A stretch of 64,000 nt of DNA, taken from a bacterium BMS3Bbin03 (GTDB taxonomy: Bacteria > Zhuqueibacterota > JdFR-76 > BMS3Abin05). Numbering within the stretch: position 1 is the first letter of the stretch; each line of letters begins with the position of its first letter. The notes beneath the pieces were generated by a model. It was given only the letters and a program-made list of their open reading frames with translations, had not been told where the DNA came from and did no database searches. The position numbers and the translations under genes are program-made. Location: contig BDTM01000128.1 of the NCBI GenBank assembly GCA_002898015.1, positions 138,418-202,417 of the forward strand, written 5' to 3'. Below are positions 20,701 through 28,000 of this stretch, piece by piece.

Positions 20701-23099
20701 CGCTTTCCGTGCAAAAAGACACGCTCCTCTATTCCGTCGGCACACGCGTCACGTGGGGGGTTTTAACACCGGATTTAACGCAAGGTCCGGACAGCTTATT
20801 TATGAAAATTCTTACCGCGCCCAAAGACGAAAATACCCTGAAAGCGGCGTCCGTTGCCAAAGGGTTGGATACCGTTGTGGTCAATACAATCGGCACAAGT
20901 CAGATCCTGAGCCGCGGCACAATCGTCGGTCCTGCGGGCGCCACAGACGGAGTGGTTTCAACAGAGCAGGAATTTGAAATTGTGAGCCACATCACGGCCA
21001 CGCCGAATTTAACCCAACTCACGGCTTCATTAGCTGTTCCGGCGGGTTATGTGTATCTGTCTCCGAAAACGCAGAGTTTAAGGGGAGACTCCATTGTTTG
21101 GACCATTCGTGCGCCGGAGATTCAGGACCAGGTGACAAAATATCTGATTATCAGTGCGCTGGGAAAGGATGGTTCCGGGGTTCCGGTTGAAAGCGCCGGA
21201 GATAGTCTGTTGATTCAGGCCGTTAAAAGAGCGAATCTTTCTCTGGATGTGTACATTACAGAGCCGCAAGGCGCAAAAGACGGGGTGCTGACGGCGGGGC
21301 AGCCGTTCATCGTTCGTGCACTGGTTACAAACAGCGGCCGGGCGAATGTTTATGGAAACGGGACTTTAAAAATAAAATTTGGTGCGACGGGCGTCACCAC
21401 GAGCGAACCGGCGGAAAAATCCTTTGTGCCGGGAGTTCCGGTGGATTGGCGGGTGCAGGCACCCGATACCGTCACGGCCGAAGCGCTGGTGCGGGTGATA
21501 ATGGATTCGATTCCATACGATGAGAATTCCAACCGCCTGTCTCTTGTGTCGGTTGACAGTAAAAATCTCCGAATCGAAACCGTTAAATCGGCGACACTAA
21601 CGAATAAACTATCGATTTCCAGTCCGGCCGGTGCAAAAGACGGCATTGTTTCGACTTACCAGGAGTTTCTTGTGGAAGCCGTAATTCAATCCGAAGGCTG
21701 CAAAAACATTACGGCCGAGCTTATCTTGCCGGAAGATTTTTACACGGAAAATCGCGTGAAGACTGCCAACCCGGGTTACTTTGTGGTCTCCTGGAATGTG
21801 CGTGCCTCCTCGGAGCCGATGGCAGATAGGACGATCGAGGTTATTTCACGCGCGTATGACGCGAATAATGATACCCTGAGAGTGGTCAGCAAACCGGACA
21901 GTGTCGAGATCATGACGGTCAGCCGGGCGAATGCAGCCGTGGCGGCTTCGATTACCGATCCGCCTCAGGCGGCGAATGGTATTATTTCCACACAAGAAGA
22001 ATTGACGGTGACCGGAACGATTCAGAATCTCGGGCTGTCGGCTTTTAAAACGGAGGGGAAACTCAGGATAATCGTTCCGCAAGGATTTGTGCTGAAAAGC
22101 GATACGGTTCAGCAGACACAGCTTTTTCAGGCAAGCTGGCTCGTGCAGGCCCCCAGTCGTCCCACGGTTTCGCCTGAAAATATCCGGATTGAATTGGTTG
22201 AAACACCGAAAGACGAAAATACAGACAAAGCGGCTTTTGTTTCGGCGTTCTCCGATGAAATTGTCCTGACGGTGGAACGGAAAAAGTTCACGATTATTAA
22301 GCGTGAGGATTTCGGACAGGCGTCCGTTGTGAAGGGTCAAAAGAATATCCCTGTGTTGGGATTGATTTTGCGGAATTTGGGGCGCGTGGGTTCAAATGAT
22401 GTCTGGCTGAATGCCTTGACCGTGCAGATTCAGAACCGGGACGGGCGTGCCATTTCACCAAAGGGAAATTTTGCAAGGATTTGGGTAGCCGTCGCGGGCC
22501 ACCCGGATCAAGTTCTGGCAGAGCTGATCAATCCCGAATCCAATCCGCTGAAATTTGTATTTTCCCCGCCCGTCGTTGTGAGTGCGGCGGAAGAAGATTC
22601 GATTTCGATTTTTGTTGATCTGTCCGGCACCTTCGAGTTAACGGATTTCCAGGTCGCTTTCGATGCCGCACAAAATGTGACGGCGATTGACGGCGTGTCG
22701 AAATTTCCGGTGATGATCACCAACGCCGCCGGAGATCCCATTTCATCCCTGAAAATTCAATCGAATTTTACAGTGGTTCTGGATACCAGTTTTGAAAAGA
22801 CATTCGGCAATTATCCGAATCCCTTCGGTGAGATCGGAAAGGAAAAAACGCGTTTTGTGTATTATCTCAAAAATAATATAAATGGTCAAATCCAGATATT
22901 CACCCTGACGGGAGAATTGGTCTGGACGAAATCGTTCGAAGCGGGAAAGCAAAACGGAAGCAAAGGGCTTCACGATGGTGACATTGTCTGGGACGGCACC
23001 AATATGGCCGGACAGAGGGTGGTGAACGGCGTGTATGTGGCTGTTCTGATGACGAAAGACGGAAAAAAGGCTTACACAAAAATAGCGGTTGTTAAATAA
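11718..23099 (+). CDS. Giant (3793 aa) repetitive cell-surface protein with a T9SS-type C-terminal sorting domain
   Basis: Signal peptide MKRIVGILHFSVLFFLSASTLLAG. At least three tandem repeat families are present. Family 1: about five Big/Ig-like units (P.TAG..F.ITITAKDAYGNTATSFTGT). Family 2: about ten units of roughly 100 aa (IRDA.GGG.EVG...T.D.S.T.YAAGYDADGNYI.D.SVTW). Family 3: about fourteen CARDB-like units of roughly 130 aa (VQTPA.L.I..V.PSQ..V..GQ....V.V.N.G.). The C-terminal 80 aa carry NYPNPF...FVYYL...IQIFTLTGELVW...WDGTNMAGQRVVNGVYV, the Por secretion-tail/FlgD-Ig-like pattern. Confidence 0.85.
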   Translation: MKRIVGILHFSVLFFLSASTLLAGTVGTITLSSYKAGDNAIYTVPFTPTNPLPANGKIVIQFSSSSFTTSSVSLAASNNANLDGGLSIESNTSPTVVIVRDGTGTVTTGGNQLDISFANVGNSTASGTYSLTVTLQDNGGTDIETVGSGSFTITPADLDHFAFGGISSEVAGTNFGITITAQDAYNNTITTANYSLTLTDDTGTLTTISAGTWLSGVIQPTVNITKAAASDKITATGNGISSASGGFAVDAAGVASFTFATISSPQTAGGAGFNITITAKDVYDNVATGFTGSVNLSVNKGDVSPAVTGSFTTGVLTNFNVTINTANTDIQITADDGSHTGTSNAFNVNPGPVASFSISSISTQAAGEPFTLTVTAEDAQGNTATSFAGTVDISDGTGTISPTTSGSFSNGIWSGSVTITGTQTGNTITVTNAAGTESGTSNTFDVAASDVASFEISSVASPQTAGASFSITITAKDANGNTATSFTGTASLSDSTGTISPKLTGNFSGGTWTEDVTITQTFSNNQIVVSAVGKSGSSNAFNVNPAALDHFTLDAINSPRTAGTAFNLTITAKDAYENTVTSYTGTPTISNTTGTISPTTAGAFSNGVRTESVTITKAASSDQITVTDGTKTGTSNTFTVDAGALNYIVIEDAPDGTGSAVGDFSKTTDENTALFAVGYDVNNNFYGNVTVTWSVSGGIGTVSPSSGANTVFNPTTTGTGSVSAADGSGHTDATGTITVTAGNLASLQIRDAAGGGGSVIGNYLMTTDQSLTVYAAGYDADGNYISDQSVTWSSTGLSPSVSETGTSATFSPTATGSGTITATSGSLSAHTGAITVSAGALAAIKIRDEAGGGGAEVTTVSMTTDESRTFYAAGYDADGNYKEDVSVTWASTGNLFPAVSSAGTSVTFAPDSAGKSGTVTADAGSGITDATGLISVSVGALKYVKIVAGASGNGAEYTTGTFSPGDQQVFHAAGYDADGNYIADESVTWSLTGSIGSLSDATGTSTIFTANTVGQGSITADHPTALDDATGTLTVVEGNLDHIVIRDAPGGAGSVVGNVNMTADQTITLYAAGYDAASNYLGDYSVTWSLSSGNLVPVPNGSASSFTFSPTTAPTSGVIKASYNSSITNVTGTISVSVGALARIQIRDAANNGGSEVTTHTMTTDETYTVWTAGYDADGNFIADTTVNWTSSGLTPALSSTGRSVVIDPSKPGTATITATEPNSGLTDNTGAIIVNPGAVSYLLVRSEAGGGGTEVGDMTLTLDDKLTLYAAGYDAENNYSRDVAAAWSVSTGDLDAPSPATGTSTVFSPSTPGTSGKIKADSTGIIGDETGTLTVGNISYVKIRDASGGAGNEVGNLLLTADESITLYAAGYDAGNNYIGDVQVTWSSTGTLAPAVSGTGTSVTFSPTTAPASGTILAHHITATDDATGTITVTPGVPVGTISLSASPTAIPADGSSTSTITSGVIKDSDGNPAAQGTLITVSTSLGTITTSDASASYSGIQVGADSNGRISFTLRAPTSGGTSYISAASVGGSATGSTTVQITNLRIVSISSDYSTVSQGQTNISVRMVVENLGSAPLETATANLTFTDMNGTDRTGEYSGISETGITVSAGATQTVNFLISVGSSATTGSIIIDGNISGTVSGNSVGAGGAATPYSWTVQTPAVLEILSVQTNPDSVSQGQQSVSVVMTVRNAGQASATIDSLKLAFKNGAADVTGDYIQSAASGNPAQILGGATEQFAVLVDVLASAATGTVTLDGAIYGKDDNSLNLISDTGANTTDSWVVAEAAAFQITAMVPSQPAVTAGQTRSWTIKMAVENNSKSIIDLDLDPAKTYLKFIIGSDVTSQYSITTPTALLGGGIRLNAGAKDTLEFVVNITGTTAGIAAINGFVTGSDVVSGKTITDDTNDTGSGSVTVQTPAAIRVTAVTPSQDSVSSGQTASWNVTVAVENTGQSKATLSLDSTFLGFRSGTGYAFLKPSQFQGGGLVLDRNSSGDLVFSITKTAAFSGIDTIDATVGFFENNSGRYLADSTAAGNYGTVNVQTPAALSILKVRPSQPVVTKNQSNHWTAMVVVKNTGQSRAAINFQQASTFLSFSKNGAPLSDYTVQQPSALEGSGGSLLYGGKTDSLKFVITATGADTGTIAIHATFAGVEVNSGRSISANTFGGNSGQVTVQAPPVLTYISGSLSPKSVNRGSNASFDVRVRNSGGATLVLSPSETKFSFSDGVHAFEAVLNDNVVTEIQPGDTTLVFVSTLVPELLATGKYAPAITLSGTQNGNAFQTGLTTDSNELEVLEKAVLDIVSITPSQTQITQGQTKEWFIWVGVANNGGSSIRLDSAQVHLYIGQEVTSEYKITTPAGFWQPDSTEDPVLKGHDTGSLRFVVTKTGQTTGPATIQGRLWVTDLVSGDHLSDQTDGGAGSVKVQAPAKLKINYTLISQSSVTIGQEEDWTVRLNLSNNGESDLMIDTSRIKSYLIFKIGGSTINDFVVKQPTQLYNSLGSGLGTLVLKGGETAQLWFTIDKTTIHIGYCMIYAHVTGVEINSDSTLIEDNYDSGWNGVTIQSESSVQIVSTENMALNKPYVNTGQNFYIRVQVRNNGGEAVKNVKVDLQSNGISQFTPQKLIYRINSASIYSLTFPVKASDQFDSTEIFTARILEAFSVNTGDTIAIAPAADSSDTTTVAQIQKPAALVIREVHPSSDSVLASQTDEWQIYVVIQDTGEANIFLNNFKSSDIVIQINGETQQDYLIQAPDSLMNGGHILYGGQIDTLIYRVKATGHLGGIAAINATITGRDANNFHTLSTSKSASVTVQTSAAIQIIGTTVSAPHIIEIGNAEVNLKQNFKVNVFVENKGNERVNDAVISLRTSGQSQLIDTLQTIASIPARSTRFIQFDVTADSAENLLGENFISRLISGTASVSHLPAVIAIALDSVATVYIEKPARLELQESINDKDRILSANQLFEVRADVVNKGRSKTLGTGKVVLALPDNYRLVRGGDTLSVQKDTLLYSVGTRVTWGVLTPDLTQGPDSLFMKILTAPKDENTLKAASVAKGLDTVVVNTIGTSQILSRGTIVGPAGATDGVVSTEQEFEIVSHITATPNLTQLTASLAVPAGYVYLSPKTQSLRGDSIVWTIRAPEIQDQVTKYLIISALGKDGSGVPVESAGDSLLIQAVKRANLSLDVYITEPQGAKDGVLTAGQPFIVRALVTNSGRANVYGNGTLKIKFGATGVTTSEPAEKSFVPGVPVDWRVQAPDTVTAEALVRVIMDSIPYDENSNRLSLVSVDSKNLRIETVKSATLTNKLSISSPAGAKDGIVSTYQEFLVEAVIQSEGCKNITAELILPEDFYTENRVKTANPGYFVVSWNVRASSEPMADRTIEVISRAYDANNDTLRVVSKPDSVEIMTVSRANAAVAASITDPPQAANGIISTQEELTVTGTIQNLGLSAFKTEGKLRIIVPQGFVLKSDTVQQTQLFQASWLVQAPSRPTVSPENIRIELVETPKDENTDKAAFVSAFSDEIVLTVERKKFTIIKREDFGQASVVKGQKNIPVLGLILRNLGRVGSNDVWLNALTVQIQNRDGRAISPKGNFARIWVAVAGHPDQVLAELINPESNPLKFVFSPPVVVSAAEEDSISIFVDLSGTFELTDFQVAFDAAQNVTAIDGVSKFPVMITNAAGDPISSLKIQSNFTVVLDTSFEKTFGNYPNPFGEIGKEKTRFVYYLKNNINGQIQIFTLTGELVWTKSFEAGKQNGSKGLHDGDIVWDGTNMAGQRVVNGVYVAVLMTKDGKKAYTKIAVVK

Positions 23100-23112
23100 G
23101 TTAGGTTATCGA

Positions 23113-25020
23113 ATGAAAAAATATTTTACGCCCATTTTTCTTTTGTTATTTTTTGCCGCGTTTTTAAATACAGGATTTGCTCAGGAAGGAAGAGGCGGCT
23201 ATCAGAGCATTTTTTTGCTGGGGGCAGGCGCCAGACAACTGGGAATGGGGGGCGCTTCGGTGGCTTTTCCGCAGGACGCGACCACGATTTATTGGAACCC
23301 TGCGGGTATGGAAGAATTGCAGCGAAAAAGTTTCACCGCCTTTTACGCCTCTTTAATGTTGGGAACTTCTTATAATTATTTCGGTTACGTGCACCCAACC
23401 CTCAGCTTCGGCACATTCGGTGTGGGTGTTTCCAGAATTTCCACCGGGGATATTCCTTATCGTGAAAATCACTATCTGGATCTGGGCACGTTTAACTACG
23501 ATCAGGAGGAGTTTTATTTTTCCTACGCAAAAAATATTCGGGATTGGTTTACGGGCGGCGCAAATATTAAAATCGAACGCCAGGTCATTGGCCAATACTC
23601 CGATATTGGCTTTGGAATTGATCTGGCCGCGTTTTACAAATTTGATTTTGATTCGGAATGGCTGAAAAACACACAGGTGGGTGTGATTTATCAAAATGTT
23701 TATGCGCCCCGCTTAAGATTACGGCAATCCGTAGACTACATGCCCAGCATGCTGCGGTTTGGGGTGGCCAAAATATTTTATTTCAGCAATACCGCCTCTC
23801 CGTTTGTGGTGTTGATGGATATCCAAAAAGGAGATCGGGAGCCCGTCAAATTTCATCTGGGGACGGAATACAACTACAACGGACAGGCCATGCTTCGCGT
23901 GGGTGTGAACGATCGCGGACTCACTTTCGGGGCGGGCGCCGTGTACAAGCGATATGAATTGGATTACTCCTACGGAAAAATTGATTCCAGAAACGTGTTT
24001 AGCGGAAGTCATCGAATTTCTTTCGTCGTGAATTTCGGAAAGAGCCGCGTTGAAAAACTACAATTGATTGAAGCGAAGCGCCAGAAAGAGATTGAAGAAA
24101 GAATTGCCCGTGAAAATGAACGGCGGAGACGTGCTCAGATTAAAAAATTACTGGGGGAAGGCAAAGATCTTTACGCCAGCGATGATTATTTCAAAGCGCT
24201 GGTTAAATTTCAGCAGGTGCTGGAGTTAGATCAAAGTAATCCTGAGGCTCTGGATATGGTTGACGAAACAAGAGCCCGAATGACTGAAATTCGTAAAAAA
24301 GAGATGGATCAGCAGCTTTCCAAAATTCAGGAAACCCGCCAGCGTAAGCAAATTCAGAAATTTGTGGATAAACACGTCAACAGGGGACTCGATTATTTAA
24401 AGAAAGGAGATTATGGGTCTGCGATTAATGAATGGAATCTCGCTTTAGATCGACAACCGGACAGTCAGCAGATTAAACAGTACATCGAAGATGCAAAAAA
24501 TGAATTGATGAGCAAGATTACGGAACTCATTGATAGAGCCGACAAGCTGGCCAAAAAAGGCAATTTTGGAGAGGCGAATAAACTTTACAATCAAGCCTTG
24601 CTTTTGAGTCAGGATGATGAAGTGAGGCAGGAAAAAATCCGAAAAAGGATGGCTGAATTAGAAATAAAATTGAATCTTTATGATTATTACCAATCGGGCT
24701 TAATTGCATATCGTTCTGAAAATTGGAAGGAAGCGATGCTGAATTTTGAAAAGGCTCTGAAGCTTAATCCAAGAGACCCCAAAATTCAGGGGTATTACAA
24801 AGACGCGGAGCGTCATGTTCTGGCCCGGAAACAGCAGATGACCCCCGAAATGCTGAAAAAGTTTAACAAGGGTCTTCAGCTTTATGTCGATGATCGTATC
24901 GAAGACGCCATTCAGGTTTGGGAGGATTTATTAAAAAAACAGCCTTACAATAAACAGATTATTGAATCGATTGATATGGCCAAAAAACAATTGCAAGAAA
25001 GGCGAAAAGCACGTAAATAA
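23113..25020 (+). CDS. PorV/PorQ-like outer-membrane beta-barrel protein fused to a C-terminal coiled-coil/TPR domain
   Basis: Signal peptide MKKYFTPIFLLLFFAAFLNTGFAQ. The N-terminal half has LGAGARQLGMGGASVAFPQDATTIYWNPAGM and alternating aromatic strand patterns typical of the PorV/PorQ family. The C-terminal 320 aa are Lys/Glu-rich coiled coil plus TPR-like repeats. The start lies 14 bp past the giant gene's stop. The ORF-track alternative start at 23089 overlaps the giant ORF. Confidence 0.55.
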   Translation: MKKYFTPIFLLLFFAAFLNTGFAQEGRGGYQSIFLLGAGARQLGMGGASVAFPQDATTIYWNPAGMEELQRKSFTAFYASLMLGTSYNYFGYVHPTLSFGTFGVGVSRISTGDIPYRENHYLDLGTFNYDQEEFYFSYAKNIRDWFTGGANIKIERQVIGQYSDIGFGIDLAAFYKFDFDSEWLKNTQVGVIYQNVYAPRLRLRQSVDYMPSMLRFGVAKIFYFSNTASPFVVLMDIQKGDREPVKFHLGTEYNYNGQAMLRVGVNDRGLTFGAGAVYKRYELDYSYGKIDSRNVFSGSHRISFVVNFGKSRVEKLQLIEAKRQKEIEERIARENERRRRAQIKKLLGEGKDLYASDDYFKALVKFQQVLELDQSNPEALDMVDETRARMTEIRKKEMDQQLSKIQETRQRKQIQKFVDKHVNRGLDYLKKGDYGSAINEWNLALDRQPDSQQIKQYIEDAKNELMSKITELIDRADKLAKKGNFGEANKLYNQALLLSQDDEVRQEKIRKRMAELEIKLNLYDYYQSGLIAYRSENWKEAMLNFEKALKLNPRDPKIQGYYKDAERHVLARKQQMTPEMLKKFNKGLQLYVDDRIEDAIQVWEDLLKKQPYNKQIIESIDMAKKQLQERRKARK

Positions 25021-25022
25021 TT

Positions 25023-28000
25023 GTGTTTAAAAAAATAAAAAAAGAAGAACTTCGGGTTCCGGCCGGTGTTGAGCATCTGAAGGATCTTAGAAATTTTGTT
25101 GAAAAGATTGGCAAGAAGCACCATCTTCCAAGCAACGTCGTCAATAGTTTTAAACTGGCTGTTGACGAAGCCAGTACGAATATTATTCGCCATGCTTATC
25201 GGGACACGTCCGGCGAAATTTTAATTCGCGCCATTGTCAGGAAAACAAGTATTACACTTTCGTTAATCGATCAGGGACGATTTTTTAATCCTGCCAACGT
25301 CAAGGATCCGGATCTCAGGCGCTATGTCGCGATTGGAAAACGCGGCGGGCTTGGAATCTTTATGATTCGGAAACTGGTTGATAATATTGAATATTATCAT
25401 ACCGATGAGGGAAATGAACTCAGGCTGACAAAGAAAATCATAAAAAAGCCGAAGAAAAAGATAAGTGCTCCGGGCATTCCCGGTTCGTTACGCGTAAGAT
25501 ACTACGCTTATTCATCCGCAATTTTATCTCTTATCATTCTTTTTGGGTACATTTATTTCTTCGTCCGGCGAAATTCTGAAATACGAAATCAGTCGTTTAA
25601 ACAGGGTGAAGCCGCTGTCCGGGTGTTGGCGAAAAATAGTGCAAATTGGATTGGGACGCCGTCTGAATTAAATCTCAACAAAGAGACGAAGGTCATTTTA
25701 GCCCAAAACCCGAAACTGCTCTCATATGCACTGGTGGTGGATAAAGATGGAACGGTAAAAGGCTCAACCAATTTTGATTTATTTAAAGTTTTCAGGCCCT
25801 ATTCGGGTGTCATTATCGAACAGGATTTTGGTAAAGGCCGTTATTTTGTGCAATTACCGAACGATGAAAAAGAATATATGATTGGCAAGCCTATTTATAT
25901 CGTCGATCGCACGGCATCGAATTCCAAACGGTTTATGGGCAGGGCTTATGTATTTATTTCGAAAAATTACGTCAGTCATCTGGTTTATAAGAAGCGAATG
26001 CAGGATTTAAGGGTCGCCCTTCTGATTTTGTTATTTGGCAATACCGGAGTTGTGCTTCTGGTTACGCTGATTATCAGTCCCTTTAAAAGACTTGCGGTGT
26101 GGATACGAAAGGCGTCTGAGGGAAATATTGAAGATGAAATGGATATTGACACCGCCGATGAAATTGGGGAAATTGCACAGGCTTTTAATGAAATAACGTA
26201 CAAATTTCGAAAATCTCAGCAGAGCCTGCAGGATCAGGAACGCTTGAAACACGAAATGCACCTGGCGCAGGAAATTCAGCAAACCCTGCTGCCGGCTGAA
26301 TTTCCGAAAGTCAGGGGATTTGACATTGCCTCGCACTATGAATCGGCGAAGGAAGTGGGGGGTGATTATTATGATTTTGTTGAGATCAATCAGGACAAAG
26401 TAGGCGTGGTTGTTGCGGATGTGTCGGGAAAAGGGGTACCGGGTTCCCTTGTCATGACCATGATTCGTACGGCTCTCCGAACGGAAGCAAGGGGTACGAC
26501 TTCTGCGGCAGAAACGTTGAAACGCGTGAATAAATTCATTATAGGCGATATTAAAAAGGGGATGTTTGTCACGGTTTTTTATGCCATCCTGGATTCCAGA
26601 ACGCGCAGCCTTACGTTTGCGAGCGCCGGTCATAATCCCATGATTTTATATCGTCCCGCTACCCGAAAAAGCTATTATTTAAATCCTAAAGGATTTCCCG
26701 TAGGAATCAGCTTGAACGATGGGGATCTTTTTAACCGTTCTCTTGAGGATGATTCCATTCGTCTCACGAAGGGCGATATTGTGATTATTTATACGGATGG
26801 TGTCACCGAAGCGATGAATTCCAAAAGAGAACTTTTTGGTGAAGAGCGATTATTGGACACTGTCCGCAGGTATGGGCATCTGTCTGCAAAAGAGTTTGTT
26901 GAAAAACTCAAGACAGAAATCGTTTCGTTTACAGAGGGTCAGATTCAAAACGACGACATTTCGCTTGTGGTGATTAAAGAAAATATGACACAGGAAGAAG
27001 AATATGAAGAGCGAGCCCGTGAGGTCTATTATCAAGTATTAAACCATGTTTCAGCGACACAGGCCTGCAAAGATGTGAATCTGCCGTTTAACACGTTCAA
27101 GAAGTATCAAACGATATTTGAGGAAGTGGGCATTGAAAATTTCCGTTCCGATTATGAAACCGCCGCCGTTGAAGCCCGGCATTTAAGCATCGAAGAGCAG
27201 ACAAAGATTTTTGATGTGATTAAAAAACATCCGGAATACGGAGCGAAACGGATTTCCGAAATGCTGGAGAAGGAAGAATATGGAAACGCCGTTTTAACTG
27301 AAAATCGCGTGTACAATGAGCTTGTTCGGCTAAAGTTGAACACACGTCAATTGCGAGAGAGCTTTATTGCCAGAAATAAACAAAAAAGAAAGATTAAACC
27401 CCCGGGCACTCCCCTGCTGACGTTGGACGGGCGGGTGATTATTGAAGATTCCCGTGCCAAATTGTTCGCTCCCATTTTGGTTAAGACGGAACCCGGAAAA
27501 GAAGTCCCGGAATCCGCGAAGGAGGAGGGCGTACTCTCCGGAGAAGTTGAAGAAATCATTTCCGGATTAGATATCGAGCCGGATAAGGAAAAAAACGCGC
27601 CTGCAGAAGACGTGAAATCGAAACCTGCAAAGAAAAAACGTGAGGAAAAATCCATTTTAGAGAAAGACATCGAAGAAATTGTGCTGTCCGATCCTATCGA
27701 CGTTTTTGATAAAAATCAGGGGACTGAAGAAATTGTGGAGACATCCGGCGCAGAAGAGGATCAAGACGATCTCTTAACCATTGACGGAATCGAAGTTTTT
27801 GAGAGAGAGGCCGGGCCCGCGGCAGAAGAGGAAAATGAAGTTGAAGACGTTTCCGACAAAGACGGGGAAATTTCTTTGGAGAAACTGTTTGATTCCTTAA
27901 CAATGAAGACTGAAAAGGAGAAGGAAACGGATAATGGTTTGGAAGAGGGCATGGACTTGCTGGAATATTCAATCCTGGAAGAAGACCACTTATTGGACGT

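Noticed and set aside
12457-22973. About 25 short ORFs (60-203 aa) on both strands inside the giant surface-protein gene.
   Set aside because: All are nested within the single continuous 3793-aa frame, which has clear repeat structure. Their composition (Pro/Arg/Ser-rich) is typical of out-of-frame reads of GC-rich, Gly/Thr/Ala-rich coding sequence.
23089-23112. The ORF-track start of the PorV-like gene at 23089, overlapping the giant gene's last codons.
   Set aside because: ATG 23113 immediately precedes a canonical signal peptide (MKKYFTPIFLLLFF...). The upstream extension would place 8 non-hydrophobic residues before it.
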